A stretch of 64,000 bases of DNA from Hemiscyllium ocellatum (GCF_020745735.1 NC_083435.1:32673231-32737230); one strand, 5' to 3'. Positions 40,281 to 54,499 are shown, counted from the first letter of the stretch. Program-made: numbers and translations. Notes: a model not told the origin generated them from the letters alone.

Positions 40281-43200
40281 ACAATATGTTAGTCAGCAAG
40301 TAAAATCACCAGCTTCAAGTTTGTTACGCTATTTTGTAGGACTGAAAGTATTGAAATGCTTTGTATGAAACATATGAAGATGATAAAATTCTAGGCGACA
40401 GTCGTTCAAGATACAAAATATCCCTAGTCAGTACTATCTAACATGATTTTCCTTACCTGCTTCCATAAAGTACATAACTGTAATATCAGTCAAAATCAGA
40501 TCCTCATGTGTAGCTGTGGCAGTTAAATGATGCGTTGAAGGGTTTCCTGGGATTGGTGCCTTTGAAATGCCTTTAACGTATTGCTTTTATTTTCCAAGAA
40601 CTGTCACCTGCGTTTACAAAGTTTGTCATCCATAGATAACCTTCTTGCCTTAAAATGTTCAGGTGTGGAGTATTAATACACTCAGGATAGTTCAACAAGT
40701 GCGGCTTAATTGCAAAATCACACTACACATTCGGTATATTGCTTTATTGTTTGTTTTTATAATTTGATATTATTCCACATGCCAATGACACTTTGTTTTA
40801 CAACGTTATCCCTCAGTTCACATTTTTATCTTTCTCCTCTCATCTTAAAATTATGTCCTGTTGTTTTGAGCTTCTCTATCTGAAGGAAATAAGACATTTG
40901 CTGTTCATTGTATCAGTGACATTCTTGATTTTACAAACCTCTGTGAATTCACCCCCCCCCCCAACTTCCTAAACTCCGGTGAAAGAAATTTCAGCCTATC
41001 CAGCTATTCCTTCTCACTCAAATCGTCTCATTCAGTAAAATACTTGCAAGACTTTTACATCAGAATATAAGAAGCAGGAGTAGGAGTAGGAGTAGGCCAC
41101 CTGGCCCTTCGAGCCTGCTTTACCATTCAATAAGATCATGGCTGATCTTTTTCTGGACTCAGCTCTACTTACGCCCACTCACCATGCTTTTAATTTCTTT
41201 ATTGTTCAAAAATCTACCTATTTCTGCCTCAAAGACGTTGGACAAAGTAGCTTCAACTGCTTTACTGGGCAGAAAATTCCATTGATTCACAACCCCTTGT
41301 GTGAAGAATTTCCTCCTCAACTGGTTGTTAAATGTGGATTCCTGTTTTTGATGCTATGCGCCACACACCCCCGCACCCCCATCGCCGCCAACCCGCAGCC
41401 CCAGCCCCTCAATAGACACACACTTTTAGTTATAACCATCAGTGGAAACAAATTTCCTGTTTCTGTCTTATCCATTCTCTTCATACTTTTCTATATTACT
41501 ATACGATCCTCCCATCATTATTCTTAAGTCTAATCAGTATAGCCACAGTCGACTTAAACCATCCCCATAAAACAATGCTCTCAACTCCACAATCTATCTC
41601 GTGAACCTTCTTTTCATCCCTCCAGTGCCAGTAACTCATTTGTCAAATAAGGAGACAAAAATTGAACACAGTTCTCCAAGTGTGGCCTGGAGCATAAACT
41701 CTCTATTTTAAGCTTCATTCTTCTACCAATGAATGACAATATTTTGTTTGCTCTCTCAATTGCCTACTGCATCTGCAAACCAACGTTTTGTGATCCAGAC
41801 ACAGGACACCCATGTCCCACAGCATATTAGCATGCGCTTTTCTGTTCAATTGCCAAATCAGTAATGATCTTCCGATAGCAGGGTGATTAGAACTTTATAC
41901 AGAACTTGAAAAGTGGTCTTACTAATGTTCTGCACAAGCAGAAGACGTTTGTAGAGGTCACACATAATTTTGATGATTAAGCTGGAGTCCTCAGTCCAGT
42001 CGTAATAGATAACTCTTCTTGCATCTTAACGCATCACTCACCATTGCTTCGCATAGGCTTCACCTCCTCAGTGCCAAATTATGGATAGGAATCAATGTCA
42101 CTGTTTGCTACAGTCACCATGGACAGCCTTCATGATTTGTCTCCTGAACTCCGAAGAGGGGTATTAAACTGGCTGTAACCAATCACGATGTAACTTTGCC
42201 TCAGTTAAGTTGGTCACGTTTTACTGGCACTTCTTGTGAGAAATTTGAATCATCAGAACATTTCACGTTTTGAGACTGCTCCATCAGTCAATGTGGTCAT
42301 CGATGATCATCCAGCTCAATACAATGTTCTAACTTTCTGCCCATATGCTTTGATCCCTTTAGATATAATAAATGTACCTAAATCTTTCTTGACAACGTTC
42401 CTTATTTTGGCCTCAACTACTCCCTGTTCTAGCTAATTCCACAGACCCACCGTTCGCTGAAAGAAATTTTGCCTGAACTTGTGCCCTTAATCGAATTTCC
42501 CGTGTCTTTAGATGCATCCCCTTGATTTGGGACTCTCTGGGTTTTAGGAAATGCTTTCTGCATTTATATTAGTCCTCATCAAAATTTGTACGTTTTTCTG
42601 TGTTTCCCCTTTCCCCATAACCGATTCTCCAAATATCCAGTGGATATCGTCCTACGCAATCTCTTTTTTACTTCATATATTTACCTGGTCATCCAGAATA
42701 ATCTCCGAAATTGCCATTGCACTTCACTAAAGAAGCAGACGGAAACTACACACAATCTTGCCATTTAGGTCTCATAACAGTGCTGGCGCAAGTACAATGG
42801 AGCATGACATCCTGTTCATCTGCCTGAATCATTTCACTATGAAGACCAACATATCATTTGTCTATTTCCATTAAGATTTAGAAGAATGAATGATATTTTA
42901 AACAATACAACATGCTTCTGAGATCTGACAGGGTTGATGACTGTCCTTGTGTGATCGATTAGAAAGGGAGATACAGTTTTAGAATTAATTGCTTTTATTT
43001 TCGTGTAAACTGGAGTGGAGGAGAGTGTTATTTCTGTCTGAAAGTGTGATGAGACTTTAAGTAACTCATTAGCACATATCTTTAGAGGCAGATTCATTTT
43101 TTATTTCATATTTCTACGATGGAGTAGCTCGGCTTTTCAAAAACAACGGGGTCAAATTTCATGGGAGCTCAGTGGAGTGTGAGTTCAGCGCCACAATCAG

Positions 43201-46200
43201 TTGTTAAATGGATTTTATTGAATAGACAAGCAGGCTTGAGGGAATTAATAGCCGACTCCTGCTCCGACTTCGAATGCTTGCGTATACAGCTTAAACCTTT
43301 TCCTTTGGATAGAACACCAATCAGGTGATGTCAATTTGAAACTGGTGAGTACAAACCAAAAAAATGACATTGTCCTAAGTATCCTGCAAAATGTTGTCTG
43401 AGTCCAGAACTTGAAATAAATGGTCGCGCCAAGCTTTCGATCCTGTCACTACAACCATTTATCCTTTGTCTATCCACCGATAGTCATAAAACGATTTTAC
43501 AAAGGTTATAAATTTAAGTCAGACTCAAATTTCTTTTCAAGGGTGTCGTCAGGTATTATTCAGCTTCTCACACGAATATAGTACTAGAGATGCAGAAAAT
43601 CTAGAAAAGTGGAATAAGCTGGAAATACGGATTAGCTCGTGCAGCAGTTTTAGAAACAGAAACTAAATTAACTTTTATCACTTCCAACTGGGGTACTGCA
43701 GCCATATTAAGAGTATTCGCCAGTATGCGTCCCTGGCCTTACACCAAATTTGTACTTCTGGTTAGTCAATGACATAAACTGCATTTTTTTAAAAAATGCA
43801 AAGTTTTGATGTAGAAGTCAAATTCAGGTCGGACAGCAATGTAAGAACGCTGATAACCAAAACTCTCCCAAAAGTAATTGCTTGTTGAATCTCAAAACTA
43901 TGCTATGTTCAAGCAGAATCCTCAAAACCTTCAGCGCACAGCATCTCTGTCAAATTAAAAATGGCAGCTTAGGTTGACATCTGCTATACTTCTTAACTTG
44001 CCACTGATTCCATGCTTTGCTGTGATGTTTGGAGCCACAAAGTCATGCTGCAGCTGTCCAAACCTCTGTTGCAGCCGCACTTGGAGTGTTGCATACAGTT
44101 CTGTTCACCACATTATAGGAAGGATGCAGAAGGTCTGGAAACGATGCAGAGTAGATTTACTAGGGTGTTGCCTGGTATGAAGGGAAGGCTTTATGAGAAA
44201 AGCCTGAGAGACTTGGGGCTGTTTTCGTTCAAGAGAAGTTTGAGAGGTGAGTTAATTGAAACATTTAAGATAGTCAGAGGGTTAGATAGAGTGGACAGTG
44301 AGAGCATTTTTCCTTGGATGGTGATTGCAAGCACGAGGGGACATAACAACATTGAGGGGTTATAGATATAGGACAGAGATCATTGTAGTTTGTTTACTCA
44401 GAAAGTAGTAGGGACATGGAATGAAATGCCTGCAACAATAGAGTTCTTAGTGACAATGAACAATTTAGCTTATTGGTAGTTAATAAAGCGCAACTGGCAT
44501 TTGTCTTGGAAAGAATAAAACTGTCAGAAGCATTTTAATATCCCAAAGCTAAATGATGGCGATATTCATTAAACTACCTGAGATGATGGGAGTAGTTGGG
44601 GCTGACAATAGAGTAGTCCTTTATGCATTGTGTGTTTACTGGATGGAATGCACAGATGAGGTAGATGCAGCCCGCAATGACAACAATGTTGCATGTAATT
44701 GTTGAAAGGCAAAAGACAATAGACAATAGGTGCAGAGTAGGCCATTCTGCCGTTCGAGCCAGCACGACCATCATGGCTGATCATCCTCAATCAGTATCCT
44801 ATTCCTGCCTTACCCGCATAACCCTTGATTCGACTATCCTTCAGAGCTCTATCCAAAAGATAGAAAAACGTTGCATTTCGGAAGTTCCAGTATCATTGAT
44901 CCTCCGATCTGACCAATTATTAAGAGGGCAGCAGGGATCCAGGAGCAAATTAGATTTAGGTGGTCTCTGGCCTCTGCTACATTTTTGGTACACAGGACTA
45001 CAGACTCATCTTTGATGTTTCTCCCGACAACACGTATCTATACATTGTTTTGGCGATGTGCATGAGATTTTGGTAATACCGAAACATTGTTTTCATGGTA
45101 TACATCTTCGCATATAGATTTTTTTTTGACATAATACATTTTTAACCAGTTGTAGCAGATATGAGGAAAGATACTTGGCTCAGTGATATGCACACATATT
45201 TCATGCGTGCAAACGCTGCACTACAATAAGAGATCTGTCACCTTCTAATATAGGAAATATACGAAGCAGTTCAGGAACACTTTGGCATGTTCGTAGAATC
45301 TCAGCTGTCTGTAAGCTTAAACTAAATACCATTCATGACTGGGTTTTAAAAATCATGCAAGTTAACAGAAACTAATGATTAGATTGTGATCTTCGTGATC
45401 CTGGGTATTTTTTTAATTATATGGCTAGAGATGCAGGAAGAATGTTCCTAACGATTGGAGAGTCCAGAACCAGGTGTCATAATTTAAAGGTTCTGTGTAC
45501 CCCACTTAAGATTGAGATTAGCAATAATGCCATCAACCAGAGATTGGGAAGCCTGTGGAATTCTTCAAAACAGAAAGTGATTGAGGTCAAATCATTCAAT
45601 GGTGTCAAGGAATTACTTGTTGTTCTTAGAATTAAAGGGTTCGAGCATTGTGGGAGAAGTTGAGAATAGAGTACTGTGTTGTTTCATCAGACATGATCAT
45701 ATGGAATGGCGGAGTGCAAATGGTTGGGGGAGGAGTAGGCGGAGAGGGGGGCAGAATAGACAACTACTGTTCATATTTTATGTATGTCCATTATTAAGTC
45801 ACACGCTATGAGGTATGGGGACAGTGTCTTTTTTTCCATGAGAGTCACAATAAGACCTTAAATAATACAAGGTTAAAAAGGAGAAAAGACCAAAAACTAG
45901 AACAGTAAGCATTGAGACATCAATTCATCTCCAGTGGAAAGGCAGAAATGCGTTGGACGCTGTAAATCTAAAATAAAATAGATAATTCTGAAATGCACAC
46001 GAGCTTGGGTTGCATATTTAGAGAGACAGAAACAGTTTTTGTTTCAGTTCAAGAACATTTCATTTGAACTTATTGTATGCGAATTCTAAAGTGAATTATC
46101 TGCAATAATGCATGGTTTAAAGAATTGCATTATGTGCTTTGTTTTGAAGACAAGTTTTGAGCCATTTGTGATTTTCCATCTCTTCTAAACCAATAAAAAA

Positions 46201-46364
46201 AACACATCTAAGGCCTTTTCTATAAAGTTGGAGCAATAAAAGTAGTATGAATGAGTGAAATCAAGCTCCCACTGAACCAAGATTTTAGTGTAGCTTTCAG
46301 TAGTTGCTGTAGTTTTGAAATTCATAATGGAACTGTCATAACACTCTCTTTCCTTCTGGTCTGA

Positions 46365-49300
46365 AGAAACTGGAAAAATATATTGGAACATTTGATGATT
46401 AGTAGTTAAGTATTGCGTTATTGTTTTAGGTTTTCCAATAGACTTAAATTTATACCAATTCTTAATACTTCCGTTTGCATTTTAACTGTACAGTAATAAT
46501 AAAATGTATTTCGTTTAATGCTGAGTCTTGTACCCAATCTAATTAAATCTGGAACATAACACCTTATATTTGCTGCGAAATAAGATCAACGTTACTGATG
46601 AACCTATCTAGTTGACTTTTCTGAATAGGTTCGGTATGGTCCATCATAAACTGCGGGCTCGTGTTAGGAACAAAATCTCTCATTCCAGATTGAGTTTAGG
46701 ATTCTTGAACTCAAAGACAGTGAGTGGTGTTGGTGATTTTATTTCCAGTGTTGAATTCGGTTCGGTTTTCCAGTGTGCCTTGTGCAATTGTGTCTCCTTC
46801 AGTTGCTAACAGTCACTTTTTAGTGTGAAAGATAATTGACAGCAAGTAAGCAATGTTAAGCATTCAGAATTGACAAGCAAGTTGAAGTTGGAATTGCCTG
46901 TGTTTGTGAGGGAAGAGGAGATAGTTGCAGCAACAGCTCTGAATTTACAATTGCCTGGAATGCAATCAGAATAATTGGAAACTGGAAAAGAATCAATTGC
47001 GAATAAAGCACCTTGAATTGCAGGTAATGACAAGGCGGGAAAAAATGAAAAGTTTTTGCCCTTGAAGAATAAAATGGAGGAAAGGAAATTAACAGTTTTA
47101 ATTACGATTAACCACAGATGAAAAACAAAAAAAGGAAAAAGAACAAAAAGGAAAGGAAAGGATAGTCCTAGCAGAAGAAAGCGAGACAGCCAGAGAAGAG
47201 AGGGAATAAATGAAACACTTTTGAACTTAAGATGTTGGCAATGAAAGAAGAAAGTCGGCTTAAAATGGCAAAGGCAAAGATAGAAAATGGGGCAGTGATG
47301 GGGACAGTGATGAAGAGCAAAGACACCACAACGAAAAGCCTGATTGTCTCTTTAAATATGTCCAAGCTTTACCAAAGTTTGAAGACAAGATGGGAAAGTT
47401 CTTTTTTTTCATGATGGAGTTGCTAAAGTAATTAAATGACCAATGACCATATTGTTAATTCAAACAAAATTTGCAGGTAGAGCTAGTAAGGTGCTCTGCA
47501 TCACTATTAGAGGAGTTTTCCAAAGATTCTGAATTTCCTGCAAAACCATCTTGAGTGCATTTGAGCTAGTGCCAGAAGCTGACGGGCCATATTTGAAGAA
47601 TCTAAGGAGTGAACCTTGTTAAATGTACGCATCATTTCAAAGAATTAAACAAAGTAACTTCAATAGATGATTTGGGGATTGAATATAGATTAGACACGTG
47701 ATGGTCTCAGAGTGGCCGTTGTTTTGGAAGAGTTTGAAAATTCAGTTTCTAAAAAGTGCAAAATTCATATGGAAGGGTAGAGAGTGACAACTACAAAATT
47801 AGCAGCAGACATTACACATGATTATAAGCTATTTTGTAAGCTTTTTTTGTTCGGATATCAATTTCAAATTGTGGGGACAGATGTTCGAGCAAGGAGAAAT
47901 CTTCAGATCGTAAAGGAAAAATAGATCTCATTAATGATAGTAAAGACAGTTTATCACAGGTTAGAAATGAAACTCTAAAGGGGAAAAGATAAATAAAAAG
48001 CCTCAGGTGTTCCCACTGTAACTAAGCAGAACATATGAAGTCGCAGAGTGGCTGATTTAAAAATAATATTGGGAAGACAGATTGGTAAACTAGAAATAGG
48101 CAGTCGGGTTCCTTAACGTGGTAAAGATTCCAGTGAAAGCTAAAGAGCTGCAAACAAACGAATAGCATGGTCATGGGTTGACTCGTAAGAATGTACAAGA
48201 TCTCGTTAAAGAATTTAGCTGTGTGGGTAGGTTTTGATCAAGTGTACCAGGATAAGTGGATTAAAAATAAATAACATTTTCAGAGGTAAATACCCACGTC
48301 AATCTTTGCTGGTGAGAGAAGAGGATGTAGGTACTTTAGAAGAAGTATTTCCAGCGAAGATAGTAATATGTGGAATTCATGGTGAGAAGAGAAGCATTCA
48401 ATTCCATAAGGTGAGACTGAATAGTCCGATTAAAAGTGATAAAGTGAGGATTTTTAAAAATAATGGAACACTTTATCTTTGGGAATATTATAACTCGATC
48501 ACAGCTGGAAGTCATGTCTATTGCGATTGAAAAGCCAGTGGAAAATGAGGCAAATGAGATGCCGCAGGCAGTGTACCCTGGGATTACTTCTGACTGTGTG
48601 GTGACAAGGTCACAAAGGCACAGATTGAAACTGGAGCAGAAATCAAAGAATAAAAATAAGCAAGTTGAAATTCAAATATCAGAAACGGTATTTGATAAAA
48701 TAGTCGAGAAATACATAAAAAAACAAGAGGTGAAAGATGAAGTGGATATTGTCAATTGAGAGGGGTTTGTACACTTACAACAAAAAGAAGAAAAAGTAAA
48801 GTAGTTGTCTCAAAACCATATTTAGAATATGATTTTGAGAGCATGACGGAATGTTACTACCTTAAACTGAAGTATGTGTAACAAGTAGGAGGTCATTTTG
48901 GGTTAAGGAGAACTCAAGTCAAACTGGCAAAAGAATATATTGGCATGGACAGCACAGAGATGTATGTGAATGTTGCTGGATATGTCATACTTGATAAGTA
49001 ATATCAGCACCTCAGGCATTGATAAACCAGTACCATTATTACTTATTCTGGTATTTGAGCAAACTTTTGCAAGAGTCTTAATCGATTTTGTAGTATACCT
49101 CCCGAAAACATATGGAATTCAATAATTGTTGACTAAAACTGATGTGTCCACGAGGTTTCTGGAAGAAATTCTTCCAGAATGTTGCAGCTATAAGTATTGT
49201 AGAAGATTTTTTTTTTCTTGTATTATATATCACTTTCCAATGGAAATATACTCAGATCAGGGACTAAATTTTGCATCAAAATTATTCAAGGAAGTTATGA

Positions 49301-51449
49301 AAAGTTTAGAATTAAAACAATTTACACAAATTATCCACCATCCAGAATTACAAGGAGCTTTGGGACGGTGGCATTCAAATTTATTGGCCATGTTGAGGAC
49401 TTATATTCAAGACTACCCCGAGGATTGGCATAGAGGAATTCGATTGGATCTTTTTAAAATTAAGGATGCACCGGATTGAGCAACTAAATTCAGTCCATTT
49501 AATTCGTTTTTGGACATATAGTGAGAGGGTTACTAAAATCAATTAAGAAAAATTTGGAAAGCAGAATTCAGAAACCACTAACTTGGACTATGTGCTAACT
49601 TTGAGGGAAGCCTTAAATATAGTGGCTAATTTCGCTGGATGGCATTTGAAAGGAGCACAGCATGTGGTGAAACAGGGACCAGTAAAGAAATCAAAACTTC
49701 ATGAGTATCTACCAATCGTAGACGAATCTTTAAAAGCAAGTGTTAGTGGGCCTTATCAAATGGAAAGGAAATTGAGTGAAGTGAATCATTTGATAAGAAC
49801 ACTAAGTAGAAGGAGAAATCTCTGAGTGTGTTATATGAATCTGTTGAAATGTTATTTCCATAAGGAAGGATAGCAAATGGATAAGGTGAAACATTACAAC
49901 TCATAGTGACGAGCCAATTTCAGGTAATTTGAATTTGACATTCCTCAAGTTAAATAGGATAATGAGAAAGTTCTCAAAAACTGAGATACATTTCATAGAA
50001 TCCGTATAGCGGGCTATTCAGTCAAACAAGTCTACACCAACCCTCTGAAAATCATATGGGACAATAAGCTAGGAAATACTAACATGATTATGGGTGATGT
50101 ATATACAAGAAATGATGTTCCAATTAACAAACATCCCTACAGATATAGCCCTCTAAAATTGGCTTAGGTTCAAACAGAGATTCAGACCCTGTTGAATTAG
50201 ATATAATCAAAGTGAGCTGCAGAGAATGCAGCTTGCCCATAGTGATAGAACCAAAACTAAATGGTACCCAACATTTTGTATGGATTTCCGTGACAGCAAT
50301 GGACTTATGAAATCTGCTTCATACCTTATTTCATAACTGGAAGACTGTATTGCGCAGGTATGACAAGTAACTTTTACTTCAAAATCAACTTACTGAGTGG
50401 TATCTTTATCTGACAGTGTCCAGGTAACTTCAGCTTTCATGGCACCAAATGGACCTTATTAGTTCAAAGTTTTGCCATTTGGTATGAAAAATGTGCCAGC
50501 TGCATTGCAAAGACTAACTAATAAAGTTACTTCAGGATTACAGGATTATGTGGTGCACAGAGACGGTCTAGTAATTTTTATTCAGGCAAGGAGGGACATT
50601 TGCAGCATCTATGGGAACTGTTTGGTGGACTGCAGAACATGCTAAACCTGGCTGAAACTGAGCTCAGAAAAATGCAATTCACATTCCTAGGCCATATTAT
50701 TAGACGTTGACAGATGGTCCCACTGGATGTGAAAACAATAGTTATTGGAGAGTTTTCCATGCCATCCACGAAGAGGGTAGATTTATAATTCTTTGGACTG
50801 AGTAGATTATGTCAAAACTTTGTACCAAATTTTAGTCACGAGGTGGTTCCACTGAGTTAATTGTTGAAAAAGAACAGAATATTTTAGTGAAAAAAGGGAT
50901 TTTAGAAGGCATTTTACAGCTGGAAAGCTGTGTTAACCATCACTCCAGGGTAAACCTGTCCTAATTATGTAAAGGCATTCAAAGTGGCTATCATTATGAA
51001 TGATGTGGGTGTCACTCTTTTACTCTTGTAATAAGATGATGAGAGAGAAGGGTCAGTTGACTGAAACATTAACTCTAACTTCTCTCCACAGACCAGGTTG
51101 CCAGACCTGCCGTGCTTTTCAAGGAACTTGTTTTTGAGTATATTTTATTGAATTTGCCTTTGCTGAGGGAGTGTTTGTGGGGTAATGCTACATCAGACCA
51201 GTCATTCTTTAGTTGTTACATCAACTATTATTTTGTTTCTTTTCCAGGAGTTATAGTAATTCGTCTTTCATTTGTTGATATTTTAACTGTAGGGTAAGAG
51301 TAAAATGTATTTCCCTTAACGCTGAGCAGTGCAACGAATTTAATTTCATTTGGAACACAGCACACTACATTTGCCTTTGCCTTACCTAAAGTTTAGTGTC
51401 AAGGCTGTCACTTTGATATACTTGAAGGGGTTTGGTCGAGATCATAACA
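46365..51449 (+). mobile_element. Gmr1-like Gypsy element in its uninterrupted form, with PBS, RT, RNase H start and 3' LTR remnant
   Basis: PBS-like tgcgggctcgt at 46652-46662. RT continues past 50660 (NLAETELRKMQFTFLGHII; KAFKVAI). 51270-51449 resembles the 5' LTR remnant (ttttaactgta...taaaatgtatttc...ttaa.gctgag...tggaaca) and ends atcataaca. Confidence 0.82.
51041..51136 (+). mobile_element. Penelope-like terminal-repeat relic
   Basis: gaagggtcagttgactgaaacattaactct...tctctccacag...gccagacctgc resembles a shark hammerhead-bearing repeat end (from memory). Confidence 0.55.
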
Positions 51450-51544
51450 CACCAAGCACATAATCATCCTCCTGCCATTTCAGAAATTCAAATGAAGCAT
51501 TCCTAATGAGATATTCCTGGTGTATTCCTCGGTTATATAGACAT

Positions 51545-52765
51545 AGTGTCTTAGAGGTGTACATCATGGAAGCAGATTCTTCAGTCCGACCAATCCCATG
51601 CTGAACAGATATCCTAAATTAATTAGTCACGTTGACCAGCATTTGGCCCATATCTTTCCAAACTTTTCCTATACATATACCCACCAAGTTGCCCTTTAAA
51701 TGTTTTAATTGTACCAGTCTCCCGCACAGTCTTGGCAGCTCATTCCATACATGCACCTACCTCTGCATGAACAAGTTTCAATCTTTTCCCTAACATCTCA
51801 GCCTTCTGCTCTCCGGATTTGGACTGCCAACGATGGGTCATAGACCTTGGCTGTTCACCTATCCATGCACCCCACGATTTTGTAAACCTCTTCAGCGTCC
51901 CACTTCAACCTCCAAAGCTCCAATCAAAATTGCCTCAGCCTATTCATCCGCTTTGCATCGTTCAAATTCTCCAAACCTGGCAGCATCCTTGTAAATCTTT
52001 TCTGGATCCTTACAAGTTTTGTAAAATCATTCCTATAACAGGGAGACCAGAATTGCATACATTATTCTGATGGTGAACCAACCAATGTGCTGTACAACAG
52101 CAGCATGATTTTCCAACTACCAAACTCAATGCACTGACCAGTAAAGTCATGCATACCAAACGCCTTCTTCAATCTGGAACTACATTTTCAAGGAACTATG
52201 AATCTGCACTCCAATTTAATTACATTTGTAACACAGTACACTACACTTGCCTTTAAGTAAGGCAAAGTTTAGAGTCAAGGCTGTCACACTGATATACTTG
52301 AAGGGGTTTGGACCTCGATTTTCAAGGTGTCTGTTCAGGAAACACCCCCCCCCCCCCCACGCCCCCAAACCAAGGACTTTAATATTAACTGCCTAAGTCC
52401 TGCCCTGATCTGCCTTTCCAAAATGAAGCACCTCATACTTACCTAAATTAAACTCCAGCTGCCACTCCTCGATCCATTCGCCCATCTGATCAAGGTCCCG
52501 TTGTACCATGAGGTAGTTGTCTTTGGTAGTCACTACACCAAGCAATTTTGTTGTGATCTGCAAATTTACTGACCATTTATCTCACATGTTCACAACCAAA
52601 TTATTTATATAAATGATGAAAATCAATGGGCTCAGCACCAATCCTTGTGGTACACCACTGGTCACAGGCTTCCAGCCTGAAAACCAACCCTCTACTACCA
52701 CCGTCTGACTTCTAACTTTGAGCCAGTTCAATATCCAAAATAGATAGCTCTTCCTGTATTCCAGG
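51545..52765 (-). mobile_element. CR1 LINE 3' part, interrupted by an approximately 110-bp LTR-derived insert
   Basis: Reverse-complement CR1 motifs (ggagaccagaattgcatac, cataccaaacgccttcttc, ccaaaatgaagcacctca). Confidence 0.85.
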
Positions 52766-53718
52766 CCAAGAACTGTTCCTTGTTTGTGGTGCTTTCAGTA
52801 CTGGAGCTGATTTCCTCGATTTATAGATCTTGTAATTATTGTTCTATAAGCTGTTGCAATACTTTTGGGAGAAAAAAAATTCACCCAGTAGTCTATCCAA
52901 TTTCCATAGAATTTTCTGTGCAAGCACAGGAGACTTAATAAACTATCATTTTACCTCTTCTCTCATCACCATGCAAGCCCAGAAACCATTCTTTCACCTA
53001 AAGCAGATATTTAGTTATTTGTCTTTCAAGTTAGTTCAGTACATTCAGTGTCTCAACATGTGCTCTTCTGCACTGGAAATATCAAATGCAGAGATTAAAT
53101 GACATCTATGCACAACATTTTATTCAGTAAACAAACAAACAAACAAAATTGCAATCACATGTAATTTGGATTCTCAACTTGCTCTCACAGTGACAATACT
53201 GTCATCCAATCTCCACAATGTTCGACTGAATGTTTATGTAAACTTGAAAAGTTGTATTTCGTATTTTGATTCGGCACATTTCAGATTTCATGGGTCAAAA
53301 CTGAGTCAAACATTTCTATCTAAACCTCAGCATCAATTTTGAATCAGTTTTATGCTTTGCTTGTGTTTGTGGATTTTTGTTTTGTTTTCAGTTAACAGCA
53401 TACCAGCCTTGGCATATATTTCATTTCTTATCTTTTGGTCCTCGAAGATGAACTTTCTTTTCCTGCCACTTACATCCTTCACCGACCTTCCTTTGTCCCA
53501 CCCAATATTTGTTCAAAACCTACTGTACGGCTATATTTTTCTCCATTCTCAACATTTTTTTCAGACTGCAACGTTTTTTCTTTCTCTATCTACAAATTTT
53601 GCTTAACATATTGAGCATTTTCACAATTTCATGCTTTTTTTCTTTACTATTAATTAGATACTATTAATTATTCTTGGAAAAGAAAGAATATAATGTAAAT
53701 CCATTTCAGGAAAGTTGA

Positions 53719-53724
53719 TTTATT
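53719..53724 (-). terminator. Candidate polyadenylation signal of the zinc-finger gene
   Basis: AATAAA on the minus strand about 100 nt after the stop codon. Confidence 0.55.
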
Positions 53725-53824
53725 TCGCAGATTTCCAGTACATTGAACCCCAGTCCAATTATACTAAATTCTAGCAGCAGAAACAAACATACAATGCAGG
53801 TAAGAGGTCAAATAAAATATCTTG

Positions 53825-54499
53825 TCACATGTGAAGTCGCTGGTGTCTCAGTAGATGTTGTGACTGAGCAAATCCCTTTCCACACATGGAACAGGTGAAT
53901 GGTTTCTCCCCAGTGTGAACTCGCTGGTGGATCAGTAGGTTCGATGAACGAGTAAATCCCTTCCCACACACAGAGCAGGTAAACGGCCTCTCCCCAGTGT
54001 GAACTAGCTGGTGTTTAAGTAGAGTTGATGAGTGACTGAATCCTTTCCCACACACAGAGCAGCTGAATGGTCTTTCTCCTGTGTGAACTCGCTGATGTCT
54101 CATTAGGGAGCATGACTGAGTAAATCCCTTTTGACACACTGAGCAAATGAATGGTCTCTCCCCAGAATGAGTGCGTTGGTGTGTCAGAACTTCACTTGTG
54201 CTTTTAAAGCTCTTCTCACATTCACAACATTTAAAAGGTCGTTTATCTGTGTGAACTCTCTGGTGTGCCAACAGGGTGGATAACTGAGTGAATCCCTTCT
54301 CACACATGGAGCAGGTGAATGGTCTCTCTCCAGTGTGTACGCGCACATGCACATGAAGCTTGGATAGCTCTGTGAAACCCTTCCCACACAGGGAGCAAGT
54401 GAATGGCCTCTCCCCAGTGTGACTGCGTCGATGGGTTTCTAACTTTGATGGGTAATTAAATCCCTTTCCACAGTCCCCACATTTCCATGGTTTCTCCAT
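53825..54499 (-). CDS. C2H2 zinc-finger protein, 8 tandem fingers, 224 aa, no effector domain visible
   Basis: Eight C-x2-C-x12-H-x3-H units joined by TGERPF/TGEKPF-type linkers; intact ORF; acceptor for the long exon (cttttacag|) at 54849-54848. Confidence 0.95.
   Translation of the reverse strand: MEKPWKCGDCGKGFNYPSKLETHRRSHTGERPFTCSLCGKGFTELSKLHVHVRVHTGERPFTCSMCEKGFTQLSTLLAHQRVHTDKRPFKCCECEKSFKSTSEVLTHQRTHSGERPFICSVCQKGFTQSCSLMRHQRVHTGERPFSCSVCGKGFSHSSTLLKHQLVHTGERPFTCSVCGKGFTRSSNLLIHQRVHTGEKPFTCSMCGKGFAQSQHLLRHQRLHM

Larger units (their letters stand above)
28901..50660. repeat. Tandem segmental duplication unit B (21,760 bp), terminal unit of the array
   Basis: Colinear with unit A except that A:14233-17636 is missing; similarity stops after gctgaaactg at 50660. 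Confidence 0.95.
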
